From NCBI GenBank assembly GCA_028534125.1, contig CM052816.1, forward strand, positions 63,614,001 through 63,678,000: a stretch of 64,000 nucleotides of DNA, written 5' to 3'. The position numbers and the translations under genes are program-made. This DNA comes from Lama glama. Lineage: Eukaryota. Shown here piece by piece: positions 27,331-40,545 of the stretch (the first letter of the stretch is position 1; every line of letters starts with the position of its first letter). Under the pieces are notes generated by a model that did no database searches, was not told the DNA's origin, and saw only the letters and a program-made list of their open reading frames with translations.

Positions 27331-28069
27331 TCCTCTCCTTCCTTCAGTACCCTTGTTCAGCGGGAAGAGGGAGAGATTCTTTTATTATTTTTTGGTAGGA
27401 GTGGTTGGAAGACTTAGCCCAGTTTCTTAACCCTGGCTGTGCATCAGAATATTCTGGGAAGCTTTGAAAATTATGGATGCTCAGAACCCACAAAACTTTG
27501 TGAATCAGAATCTCTAGGATCTGGTTATTTCACAAGGACTTAGAATTCTAAGAAGAAGCTTATCCATCATTAGGGTAAGGGTAGAGTTGATAGCTAAAGT
27601 CTTCAAGGGTTTTGGGAAGTTGTATTTGCTTGTTCTAAAATATTGATATGCTTTCTTAAGGGGGCATGCCAGAAGTTAAAGAAAGGGATGTCGTTATAAA
27701 AAGCTCTTCCCCATGAAGCTGAATGTCCTCTGAAAGCCACTGATCCAAATGGATCTCTCACTGACAGTGTATGTGGCTGAAAATCTGAGCAGTGCTGCTC
27801 ACAGTAGTGTTCTTTTTGTTGTCCCATCCTATTCTGTCCTCAGCAGCATCCCAGTAGAAATATCCAGTGGTCCAGTATTAGTCAGGACCAACCTCCTTTT
27901 GTAGTAAAGATGCAGAGGGAAGCCAGTAGTCACACTGATCAGCAAGATACAGACTGGCACTTGCTATCAAATTGATACTTCTCACATCTACCTTTCATTA
28001 GCCCAACATTTTCCACTAACAAAACTACAAATATTTCAACATCTTATTTCTACATTCACCCTTTTGTCC

Positions 28070-29400
28070 ATCCATTTATTCACTCATTCATGCATTCATA
28101 CATTAGTGTAGTGGACACTGTTGATTCCCTGTCCAGATGCCCCTTGGATTTCTTTTACCAGTTTCTATAGCTTTGCTACTAATGGCTGATGTTTGTTTCC
28201 TTCTTCAGAGGATTTCTCTTGAGCTTTAAGAACTGAGAGGCAGGAGTGCCTGGCAGTTTACAACCCCCTGGGTGGCCCATGACTGACTGATGAGGGAGTA
28301 CAAAGCTCAGCTCCCTTGCCTCTGGGCAACAGTTACTCTGAGCTGGAGCTGTGCAGTCTAGAGCTTCCTGCAGGAATCGGCTGAGGCTGGGAACTTCCCT
28401 GTCTCTCTTACTCCCGGGCCACTTTTATAGTGAATCATTTGCACACTTACGCTTGCTTTGGGGTCTGCTTAAAGAACCTGACCTAAGACAAATATTTACT
28501 TTTATTTGTTACAAATATTTACAGGGTATCTGCTAAGTGCCAAGCCCCATTCTAGGTGTTGAGGATACAGCAGAAAATAAAACAAATCCTGTTTTTAAAG
28601 AGCTTTCTTTCTAGGAGGGGTAGACAGACAGACACATGATAAATACATGGGTCTGATGATAATAAATGCTATGGAGAAATATAATGCAGGGTGTGGGGGA
28701 TAGAGGGATGGCAGTGATGGCAAGGTGCTGTTTGAAATAGGGGGATCACAGAAAGCCTTTGACAAAATGGTGTTCGAGCAGAGGTCCTGAATGGAGTGAG
28801 AGTGAGGCATTTGGATATTTAAGGCAGGAACATTCCTAGGCGAGGGAACAGGTTTTATAAAGGTCCTGAGGCAGAAATGTGTTTAGTGAGTTTGAGTAAC
28901 AGCTTGGAGGCCGTGTGTTTCCAGCAGAGGGACAGAGGCAGAGAGTGATGGGACATGAGGCCTAAGGGGGCAGAGGAGGAGGAGCTGGTGTCAGGTCCTG
29001 TAGGGTCTTCTTGTTCACTGTGCTGACTTTGGCTTTTACTCTGAATGGGCTGGGGACCCACCGGAGGGTATAAGTAGAGGATCAGTGTAATTTGATTTTC
29101 ATTTAAAAAGGGTCATTCTGGTTGCTGTGTTTAGAATAGATGCGAGGAGCAGAGAGAAAGCCGAGAGAGATAAACTGGAAGGCTGATGGGCAAAAATCCA
29201 GTGAGAAATAACTGGGCTTAGGACCCAGGTGGTGATGGCTGGGGTGGAGAGAAGGGGTCAGCTTCTGGATATATGTTTCAAGGCAGAGCTGATGGCTGGA
29301 GGTGTGATGTGAGAGAAAAAGATGTCATTTTTGACTCCAGGGCGTCGTCCTAAGCAACTAGAAGAAGGGCTCATTTATTGGCTTAGGAGAGGTTGAGGGA
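28070..29400 (-). mobile_element. LINE-2 3' region with a nested LTR16-like solo LTR (~28107-28490)
   Basis: cattcatgcattcatac then, after the insert, acaaatatttacagggtatctgctaagtgccaag. The insert runs tgtagtggacactgttg...aacctgacctaagaca. Confidence 0.75.
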
Positions 29401-30307
29401 CCAGTTAATTTGTTTCCTTTATGCCAGTGGTTCAAACTCATAATTTTATTTAAAAAGGCTAGCCTTCAAAAAATGATGCACAAATCTAAAGGTAAATGAC
29501 ACAGATTAAAAAAATTGATTTGATTACATAAACACCTCAAACTTCTATATTGTGAGAAAGAACTTGCAAGATAAATGAAAACTTAAAAAAGTATCTTAAA
29601 CCTACTTGACATGGAATTTATATCCTTATTATTTAAAGAAATCTTACAAATATATGAAAAAATGTGTATCTTCAAAAGAAAAAAGGAAAATATATAAATA
29701 GGTAAATTTTAAACTTACAAACATTAAAAAATTGATTACACATAGTTTCAGTGAAGGTTCAGAGAAATGAAATATTCAATAATTCATGATTGGAAATTCA
29801 TAGTACTTTTGAAGCAATGAGACAATATGTGTCAATATTCAAACTCTTTGGACCCATTTATTTCACTTCTAGAAATTTAAGGTAAAAATTATCTGTTACA
29901 TGTCAAAATATTACGATGTATCCGAAGGGTGAAATTTTAATAATCATAAAATTATAATTTGATATTTGTGAAAAACAGTAAAAATATTATGTGGGGTATG
30001 GTCTGTATATTCATAGAAAAAGAGGTAAAAATAGTTAAAGTGCTAACAATAGGAATATGAGGCTGGAGGAACATTTTTATTTGCTGCTTTGAGCTTTACT
30101 GTGTTTTCAGTACTTTTACTTATAGTGGATATTTATTTTCTTTAATCAGTGAAATGAATCCTTTAATAATGTTCTCAGGAAAAACTATCTTCCTGCTCTC
30201 TCTCCCCATCTCCAGTTCAACCCCTCACCTCTCCTAGGGCTGAGGGCTTGACTCTACTCATCTCTTGCACTCAATCTTATGGAACTCCTAAGCACGTGGA
30301 AACCGAC

Positions 30308-30904
30308 TGTCTGATATTTTCAACCCTTCTACACACTCTCTTGGACCCCTGGTGCAGAAATCTTTTCCCCCACTTTTTGGCTAGCTTCCACTAGAGAAGC
30401 TAAAAAGTCTGGAAGGCACTTTGCTGCCCCCCCTTGAGTCCAGGGTACAGCACATGTTTCAGGTTCCATCAAACAGACACACCTGCACTAGACTTGGCTT
30501 TGGAAGTTGGAGATGCACATAAGTGGAGACCACAGGAACCTGTTCTCACGGAGCCACTGTTGGCAACAGTGAATCCAGTTTCCAGAGGTGACAGCAGTGG
30601 TTCCAAAAGTGGGTAGTGTACTTGGCAGTTATCCTTGGTGGTGTCCAGCAATGGTGTCCCATAGACTTGGTGTTGGCAGTGTGAGCCAAGTAAAGTGTCT
30701 AGCAGCTGAGATGCTGGCGTCTTCACAGGACAAATTCTGTGCAGAGAGATAGAGAACCTTGTTTCTGGCAGTGAGGCTTCCAAGAGGTTCTCTGGCCCTG
30801 CTGGAGATTCTGTGAGCCAATTATCTTTTAATAACTTCCTTTTCTAAATACAGTATCCAAGAGTTGGTTCACAGGTATTGAAATTAAAAACTCTGATGGA
30901 TACA
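30308..30904 (+). mobile_element. old ERVL-type solo LTR (LTR33/LTR41-like)
   Basis: TG...CA ends. The 3' part ggagattctgtgagcc...atctttaataacttccttttc...aactctgatggataca is typical of this group. Confidence 0.5.
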
Positions 30905-31187
30905 CTTGTTTCCTGCTTTTTAATGTTGTCTTCCTCAAAATCTCATCAACTGAGGTCATTCTCTTTCATATTCCACCAGTAGAGGAGAAGGGGTAACTTC
31001 TCTGCCACACTGAGACCACTATCACAGTCCCTTCACTTCAATTCCATGGTAACAGCATTCACTTAAGCTCGTTACTGTTGCTATTGACTTCCAGAATCAC
31101 TTTTGTATCCAGCTTCTTGCTTTCATTCCCCAAAAGTCTACATTCTCATTGATGATTCACTGTACTTTTCTCAACTTCAATGGCCTT

Positions 31188-32378
31188 TGTCAGGAAATGG
31201 TTTTGAGTGAATCAAGAAGACACTGAGGTGGGAGGGACAGGTGTGAAGCGTGCTCTGAAATGGAATGTGTCTATCTACAAGATAATACCCCCATTAGTGT
31301 CAGTATTAACACTCAACCAAAGGAGCTGAAACTAGAGAAAGATGGTAGGAAAGGGACTTTAGATACCTGACCCGCAATAAAAAGATGTACGGGACAGCCT
31401 TTAGGATCTGGGTTTGAAATCAAGGTATATCACAACCATTGTAAAAGGGAATAGGCCCATTCCACTGATTTAACAGTAAAGACCAGTACATTTGTTATTT
31501 TGTTACCCTCTGAAATTCTAGCAACAAAGTCCCTTAGAAACCCTCACATGAAACTGTATGCTTGTTTAGGAGCAGAGGCCAGGAAAAGAAATCTCAAGAA
31601 TGTACTGTTTTGCAATAAAGGAGAGAAATTCAGGTAAAAAAAGCTGATGGAAATGGAATGGACCTCATGGAGTAAACCAGGAACAGTCCTCAGGTTTGGA
31701 GGCATAGTCTGCAGGTGCACACGTGAGGGAGGACTCTGACATCATAATCTGTTTGCCCCTCCAGCCAACCATAGGCATGTTCCCTCCCCATGTTAGAGGA
31801 GACATATAGCTAGATATGAGTAGAGAAAGGGGGGAATGGGCCAAATGGCAGGAAACCATATAGCTTGTAAACAATAGGGGTCCTTGGGCAGGCAGAGAAA
31901 AGCAGGAACCTGCCTACTGATAAGAAACCATCTTTGGGTGATAAGTGTCCTGGAGGCAGACAAAGAAAGGTGGGAATCTCTGGCAACTGAATATAACCTT
32001 TTGCTCATTATGCCCTCATTACAATAAAATTAGCCTTGCAGATTAGAAATATCCATCATGCACCAACACCATGACACCTCCAATCCAGACTAAGTAAAGA
32101 CAAAAATCCCTCCTTCCCTCGAGAAGGTGGAGCTGGGATAAAAATTAGGGAATAGGACTTCAAACCTCTCCCACTCCATGAATATTCTGTCTATTCATTT
32201 TTACTCCCCATACAATCAGCTTGCCAAAGAAACGAAGGGTAGCTACTCACCTAAGTCTGCCTGCTCTCCTCTTGAGAGTGTCCTGTCGCTTTGTAAATGC
32301 TCGCTTTGCTTTCTTGACTTTGGTGTCTCATCTCTGAATTCTTTCTGCGATGAGACAAGAACCTACTCCCCGGTAACA
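31188..32378 (+). mobile_element. ERV LTR-like segment; 5' boundary uncertain (31188 or 31501)
   Basis: R/U5-like end (gctttgtaaatgctcgctttgc...ctctgaattctttctgcgatgagacaagaacc...ggtaaca). tgttacc at 31501 is the inverted complement of the terminal ggtaaca. No clear TSD. Confidence 0.65.
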
Positions 32379-32779
32379 CTCAGATTTTTCCATTGTTCAG
32401 ACCTGTTCTAGCTCCAGGGACTCAAGCTCAGAGCTCCTTCTTTTCTCCCCAGTGCAATGCCCCTATTCTCCATTTCTTCCATAAAAATCTTCCTTATCTT
32501 CTATAGACTCAGATTACATTTCCCAAACCCTTTCTTGACCTTGATAATAATTTTGAGTCTCTTAATTCCTCTCTTTTCTCCCTCCTTATTATGCTTCTTT
32601 GGCATGCACTTGCTTCCTTTACCAAATCTTGTCTAGAAGGCTAATGGTTTTGGAGCTACTTTGAATCTGCAGGATTTCTCTCTGCTTGTTACCCATGCTG
32701 AACCTCATCTTTGAGTTATTTCTATTGTCTGCTTTCAGTTTATGTTGCTGCACCAAAAATAGTTGTTGGAAAAGGCATG

Positions 32780-33270
32780 AAAACATATTAACTGGATTCC
32801 ATTTTGTCTATTTGACGCTTTTCTTTCAGACTTTTTTCTATACATATACTAATATACGCATGTAGCATTTTTAACTTATTAATTATTTATTTATTTTTTA
32901 CAAAAAATGGGATTATAAGTATTGCTCTGGCTTTTCTTGAGAATGTCTCCTGGGCATATTTCCATGTCATTACATGCATACTACTTCATTCTTTCTTGAA
33001 CAGCTGCACAGCATTTCATTGTATGAGTGTATGTACTTTATTTTCCCAATTTCATATTTAGGTTGCTATTTTAGACAATGCTGCACTAAATAACCATGTG
33101 CATGTATCTTTTTGCACCTGTGTTTTTCTGTAGGATAATTTCCCAGTAGTGGAACTGCTAGTTTAAAGGATCTGTGCATTTAAAATGCTGATAGATATTG
33201 CTACGTTGCTCTCCAAAAAAGTTATCCCAGTTTATACTGTTACCCAATATGAATGAGAGTATGGTTCTGC
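32780..33270 (-). mobile_element. old L1ME fragment
   Basis: ctgcacagcatttcattgtatg...taggataatttcccagtagtggaactgc...aatgctgatagatattgc. Confidence 0.7.
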
Positions 33271-36200
33271 TCCAAATTAATGCTAGCCTTACCTGGATTC
33301 TCAATGTACCTTGGGATTCCTACTATTCATTTTTCATTGGTTCTTTATTTTACTGCCTAAATAGCATTGCCAGGCCCTTTCTATTTCTGAGACTCCTAAT
33401 TTAATCCTGCCCTTCTGATTTCAGGAACTGACCTAACCTTCTCCTCTGCTCGTCAATGTGATTGCTGTTCATCCTCTTGCTTGCTGCCTCATGAGCTGGA
33501 GACTGCTGCTGCAGTACCACACATTATTTCTGCATTAGGAAAAGTGGGGAAGGATGGTGCTAGAGGAGTATATCCCTTTGATCAGGAAAGTAAAGCCCTC
33601 TTAGAAGGCCCTAGTAGACTTTCCCTTACATCTTTTTAGACACAACTGGGTCCCATGGCCATTTCTAGCTGCAATAGGAAACTGGGATATTTAGTATCTA
33701 GCAAAGGAGAACAACATTGTCATGAATATGTGAACCAATTTTGACTTACTGCTTTTGCCTAGGCATGCTGCCACCCAGAATCAAATGAAGGCTCTGCTAG
33801 TACGGAAGAACAGAAGAATGGATATTGAGAAGTAACCCACAATATTTCAAACTGACAGAAAGATAAGCTTCATTACAGTAGCAAAAAAAGAATCTTTTAC
33901 ATAGTTAAGTTATTATAGCTCATTCTGATTAGGATAGCTTTAAATTATATATGTACATTTTTTTTGCCAAAGGTGTTATTTAATAAAGCCTAAAGGAAAA
34001 CTGAGAGCAAAAGCAGTGAGTTTTTTGAAGTATTTATCTTACGCTCCTGACTGAAGAGATAAATTTAGTGGTTGTTTCTCAGGTAACTAAACTTTGCTGT
34101 CGGGCTTAGCTTTTTATGTATTTAATTTGCCTTTAAACCTGGATTCTGTGCAAAGTTCCATAACTGCTTTAAAATATGGGCTTTATTAGGGACGTGAAAG
34201 CTGAGACTGCAGTAATATTTTCTCCTTAATAACTCATCACAAGATACCGGGAGTAGGGGATGGGAACTCAGAGCACTCAGATACCCACATTGGGAAGAGA
34301 CAAGGCCAAGACGCTGTTCTTTTTTCATAACCCTGAAAATAATTGAGGTTCTGCAAAGAAGAACTTGATTCTTTTGTCCTCAAAATCCATTGGCTTTGAA
34401 TAGTGTAAAAGGGTTTTCAGGGGTGTGTTGTGCTTTCCTGCTCACTGGCTGGTTGTTATTTTGGAGGCAGGGGATTGTTTCTAAATTTCATTTCAAAAGA
34501 TACTCGGGATGGAGTTGATAAATGAATGCTGCACTGAGGTCCACTTTTAGGAGGATGTTATGGTTAGTTCTTCAGGCTGAACACACGATTAACCCTTCAC
34601 ACTTCACAAATCTGTATCTGTGATTTTACTGAGGAGTCAGGTTAGTTAAGGTTCTCCAGAGAAATAGAATCAACAGGACATTATTAGGCTACGGAGACAG
34701 ACACAAAGAGTCCCGGCTGCTCACCCCAATCTTCCCTCCCTTCACTCGAGGTCAGATGGCATCGTGGTCTGACAGCTCTCAGCCTTCCTCAGCTCACTCT
34801 CCAATTTCTCTCGCACCAACATTTCCTCTAATAAAATTCCTGTATATTTAATCCAGTCTTGACATTTGCTTCTCTGAAGATCCAGACAAACACAGTGATA
34901 CCTGTTTCTACTTCTTCCCCCAAGTAATCTACGAGTGTGAGTATTTTGTCTCACCTTTGTCAGCATTTGATAGTTTCAAAATCTGTGCTACTTTGAAAAA
35001 TGCAGAGCGTGTGAGGAAGAGAAGCCTCAGATTCTACTTCAGGGAGAGGAGATGGATTTCCTGCTTTACAGACAGGAAACAGGAATACGTCTTTCCTTTG
35101 GAATTTTTCTAAAAATGCTGTCCAGATTCTAATTTATTTATTTTTAGCATAGAATCCTATTTCAGGTATGTTATGGTTAAGTGGAATTGTGGGGCTGATT
35201 TGAGATTTTAACTACCTGGATGATATTATTTTGGGAAAAAGCATTTGAAATTCCAAACAGTTGGTTCATAACTACCTATGTACACATACTAGAAACTGGG
35301 GTGGCCCATTTTTATATGTAGTCTATAAATGTGGTAGAGTATAAAACATGGAGAAATAATAACACATTTTCATAACAAACTAAGAGAAAAAATAAAGTGT
35401 GATGATTGAGATCATTCTTGGTAGCAGCTTCATATGCCAATGAATTGCTATCTATTTATGCTGAGAAGCATTTTGTTCAAGCAAATCTACACAGACCCAG
35501 TAAAACAGATTTAAAAAAAAAACGACACTGCTCTGGCTTCAGCAGAGATGGAGGTTGGAGCTGGTGTGCTCAGCTCACTCCACCTGATGGTAGCTGCAGG
35601 AGCACTTCATGGAACCTCTGGGTCTACAGAACACACTCTAGAAACACTGTGAGAGACCACTCTGTGCCGTGGGCTGCTAAGTAAATCCAACATTCATGCT
35701 CAGACATAGGTACAAGAATACCTGATGTTAGGGGAGAATGGTGGGCACCACCCAGAAATGCTAATACTTTAAATGTGTCATACTAGTGTGTGGATTCTTC
35801 CTAATCAGATGCCATATACGCTGGTCCTTGCCCTCTTGGCTTTCAGATTCATTTATTGCCCTTCTCTGCTCTGTGTGTTACTCAGGAGGTGAATCCCTGC
35901 AGGCTCTGTTTTCTGGGGTTCCTGTCAGGTTCGGCCATCAGGAGGCCGAGGCAGGAGTTTGGGGCAGAGACGGAAGGAGAAGGAAGAGCATTTCTTTTCC
36001 CCTCTCCCACTCCCCACCCTCCCACACATCCTCTCCCCATCTTGGGTGATGTGTCTGGCTGGGGCCATGGCTTTCTGTGGCTCCAACTACCCTAGACTGT
36101 TCTGGCCTCTGTTACAAGCACAAAAAATCTGAGAAGCATTTACAAGAGAAAAATCTTAAAACTGAGAAACTGCTGTCCATTCACTTAGGATTCTTTCCCC

Positions 36201-38684
36201 TGAGAATTAGGTGGAGAAATATCATTTTTCTGTTTTTAGCAGTGGAATGCTCATTTCCCAAAGAAGCATGGTCTGAAAGCCATGGCATCACTGAAACAAA
36301 TTTAATGCTTTGACTTCATGAGCCTCTGGATTATAAGGCAAGACTATGTTGAGGATCATCTCAGCTGGAATTTGGGGCTGTTTGGAACCTCCCCCAGAGC
36401 AGCGGTGGTCTGGTGTCCCAGAAATAGGCGAGCCTGCAGCACTGCTGCAGCTCTCCCTGCCCTCCAGCATCTCCTTCCCCGGGAATACGGCACATGATGG
36501 TTCCCTCCAGTGCTCATAGCCTTGAGCATAAAACATAACCACCTTTACATTTTCCCTAGTTTATAAATGGGATGTGTATTAATTTAATCTCTTGATTCTG
36601 GGAAGGGTGGGGATTAAAATGCCAACGCAGTCAGCTTTAATGTCTCAAGATGCTGAGAGCTTTTAAGGAAAAGGTAGGAAGGGATTGGTTTCCTAGCTAA
36701 ACAAGTGCATCTGGAAAGGAAAGATCACAGTCACTGCGTGAGGAAGGATTTTCCCCCCTCTTTCATATAGAATCCTTATTCTGAATGTCATTTATGAAAT
36801 TGGCTGGAAAGGCCATATGCTAATTTCCTTTTTTCCACATAGGTATCATGACATGGATAAAATCTTCTAAGATTCCGTGAAATGGACTTCCCTTTGTCTT
36901 CTTGTAAGTTAACTGAGGACCTCCAAGGCTCATAGTTACTGAGCAGGTAGGTAGTCCTGGCCGTGGTGACAGAAAGTTCTGTAAATTTTCAGAAATCCTT
37001 CCCTTGGGACTAGACTTCTTCTTGCTTATTTTTAACTGGTGAGAATTAGAGAAAAAAAATCCTCTTAATTTTGGTGAGAGAGACCAAATCGAAACTGCTG
37101 GTGTCATTTTTGCCTGCTCAGTGTTGCCCTAATCTAGGTCCTAAAAACTTTCAGTCTGTGGCCTAGTCCCTGAACCAAGAGAATCAAACTTGGAGTCAAA
37201 GAGGCAACTTCTCTCCACCGTATGGGCCCGTGGAATCTGAAATGACCCTGTGGACCTGGGCGTGGGGTGGCCCACGTAGCTACAGCCTTTTTGCTTACTC
37301 CTACCATCTGTCCTAGGTCTGGCTAGGATTCTGCTCTGGTGCCTGGTGGTTACCCTAACTCTGCTGAAACCAGAGCCGGCTCTGAGTAGCTTTTTGTCCA
37401 GGGCTGGCCTTACCAAGCCTTGCCTGCTCTCTCTCCCTGGTTGACTGAGGTATTGCTTCAACCAGATGAATACCTTTCCTGCTCGTTTCCAAAGCAAGAT
37501 ACTGCTGTACACCCAGAAATCAGTGTACACTATTGACCTGGGACACCTACTTGCCAGGTTCCAATCCACAGCTCAAATTCTGTGGATATCAGTTCTCCCT
37601 GAGATATTGTAATGTAGACTGCTGTCCCCTCTTCTGGGGACACATCCTGTAACGGAATCAGTTCCCTCCTGGCCCCAGCCTCAGTCATTACCTCTTCCTT
37701 CCAGACTAAGATTAGGTTCCCGGCATAAGCTTCCAGGCTAAGGCCACTCCATTCCTGACAACTGAGTCTTGATATTCAGGCAGTCAGAAAGAGATATAAT
37801 ATCCAGCTTGATTTGCACTGGTAATACATTTATATATGTATATAAGTCTCCATATGTGTGCATATTTTAGAAATGGAAATACCTTTTTTTTTCCTGATAA
37901 AATGAGATTATGGTAAAAAAAATTTAAACACAGAGAATGTGAAAGTTCCCCCTACCACAAATTACACCACTGATGAACAATGTTAACAGCATAGAATGAT
38001 ATAATCCTCTCAGACCTTTTTTATGGAAGTATAAACCTAAATTTATATTATATATATTTAAATAAATATAAAATACATATTTAAGACATAAATTGGATTA
38101 TATTTTCTGCAATCTGCTTTTCATTTGAACTTTATCATTTATTGTTGGACATCATCCTGACCTCATTTCAAATCTGGACTTGCTTTGGCTTAACTTCCGA
38201 GTAGCCTGTGATTTAAGTACAAAAGAATAATTCTTCCTCTCTTTTTATAGCCTTTTGGGGGGTGTGTTTGTTAAATTATTTATAGTGATAGGTTTTACAG
38301 AAATAGATGTTTTTTATTGAGACCATCAAAACCTTCAGTGCCTTAATGATTCTGCTGATTAAGTGGAAAACACATGAGGGCATGTCAACCTGTCAAGCAA
38401 AAGAAAATGCTATCTCTCCCTAATGTAAATGGATTATATAAAGGCCTCATCTCCCACTGAAGCAAGTTATGGTGTTTCATGCTCTAAAGGCCAGGTAGGT
38501 ATTACTTTGCACCGTTCTTGTAGAATGTTGAACTTTTAAGACGAAGAACCAAATTTTAAAACTGTCATAAATCTGAGTCTGGCTTTCAGAAGGCAAGAAT
38601 GCTATTTTTAGTGTGTCTGGATTGCAGTCTTTCCCTTTGGTAGTTGATGATGACTGCACAGTAAGAATGAAAAATGAAACTTCT

Positions 38685-38820
38685 GGAGATTGGATAGCTA
38701 AGGAGATTGAAAATAACACCCAGACAGTGGAGGCTTTGGGTCACTAATTTGAATTCAGCTCAGACCAGTGATGACTACAAATTGTTCTGTCTGACGGCAG
38801 TGAGGCTTGCAGAAAATAAC
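38685..38820 (+). mobile_element. LF-SINE 5' (tRNA-derived) relic
   Basis: ggagattggatagctaaggagattg...gggtcactaatttgaattcagctcagaccagtgatgact...tctgacggcagt follows the LF-SINE consensus as I recall it (ggggactggatagctcaggggattgg...aggtcaccggttcgaatccggcccaggtcggtagtgacc...tctgacggctgt). Confidence 0.65.
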
Positions 38821-40149
38821 ATTCCTCATCTTTATCTGTGTTAATCATGTCTGTGTGATTGTTGGAGTCAGGTTTGCTGGTTTTCGATTGTAATCCCCTA
38901 GAGGGTAGGGACCATATCTGCATAATGCACTTTTTACACCTTCACTGGATGAGTGCTGATTAGATGATTTTGATAAGGGGTATGAAGAAATGCTTTTTCT
39001 CAGATGAGCTGGCTGGTGTGAAATCGTGGCTACCAAACATTCCTGTGAAATATGAGAGTGACATCCCTTCCAGTTTGTTCTGGGTGGCCTTGGGAGTAGT
39101 CTAGTCTCACACAATGACAAATAGTCTCCCTTTATAGTCCTGTCAGCAAACACTGCAGCTCATACCCTGAAATTTAAAGATACATCTCTTTTCTTTTCTC
39201 TGATTTGCACACATCTACTGGGGTCCAGCTTGACACCCTCCTTTTCCTTGATCATTCAGCACACCTTGATTGTAACAAATTATTACAAATTCTGTTTATT
39301 TTCCCTGTTAAGTGTTACCTTACATTGATATTGATCTTTTTGTGACTGTGTCCTATCTCCCTATGTAGAGGCAACCTCTCTGAGGGTCAAGATCATGTCT
39401 TACATCTTTTTATAACCTCCCCAGCTACTAGTAAAATGTTAGCAATCGTAGATTTTATTAATAACAATTGCTGAAAAACCGAGTAAAAGTCTTACAAGTT
39501 TGCATAGTCTTTTATATTAACTGTTATTGTATAAGTTATGCTTGTTTTCTGACTCTTTTAATATTATATTACCAGTGTTAGGAAGATGGTGCCTGTATAG
39601 TCATGCAGGCTGTACACTGCATAACTCCAGAGGGGCCTATTTACATAGACAATGGCTGTGGTGATTGCCTCTAATGGCTCTGAAAAACGGAGGTCAAAGA
39701 ATGATAGCACTAGTGCTCAAAAATAAAACATATATCAGTAACTGCAAAAGGTTAGGCAGGTAAGAACAAGTTACTAACACACTTGTTTTTGGACCAAAAC
39801 CAAATATGGTAGGCGTAACATTTTTCAACGAGTGTCCACTACTTCCACTCTGCTTTGCCCATTCCAAAGAAAATTTCTTTTTTCCCTTGTTTCCTTGAAA
39901 GCTCAGTTTATTCCTGTCCTTAGCCCTCTAAATAGAGTTTAGCTTTTGTCAACCCAGGTCTTGAGCTTTGTCATGCAGAATCAGGACATTCTACTGGAAC
40001 AAACAGGATTCAAGAGCAGGGAGGATAAGAGAAGGAAAAACAATGTAGGATCCTGATCGCTGGGGATGGTGGGGAGGTTGAGAAAGTAAGAAGCTCTAGA
40101 CCAAGGTAGGCTGGGAGAGAGAGGAGAGGACAAGGTACTTTAGGAAGTG

Positions 40150-40545
40150 CTGCAGAGAGGAATGAATGGCTTACATGGCAAGACAGGCTAGGCTCTGCTG
40201 TAGTTGCAAGGTGCAAACAACTAAATCTCCTTGGCATCACATAACAAAAGTTCATTTCCTACTGAAAGTCGGGTGCTGGTATCACCAGACTCATGTGGGC
40301 CGGAGTCCTTCATGTGGTGACTTAGTGGCTTAAGCTGCTTTGATCTGATGACTCTGCTATCATAAGTATGGCAGGGGAGGAGAGGGCATGGGGAACTCAC
40401 AACCACACTTTCAAGCTTTAGCCAGGAAGAGACTTTTGCCTGAAGCCCATTGCCTGGACTGGCCAGTCTGACTGCAAGGGGGCTGGGAAACAGTCTTGCA
40501 TGGGCCTGGAAGGTGAAAAATGGATATAGGTGAGCTCTGCTAATA
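40150..40545 (-). mobile_element. MaLR LTR (MLT1I/J-like)
   Basis: aggctaggctctgctgtag...cataacaaaagttcatttc...ctgcaagggggctgggaaa. Confidence 0.6.
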
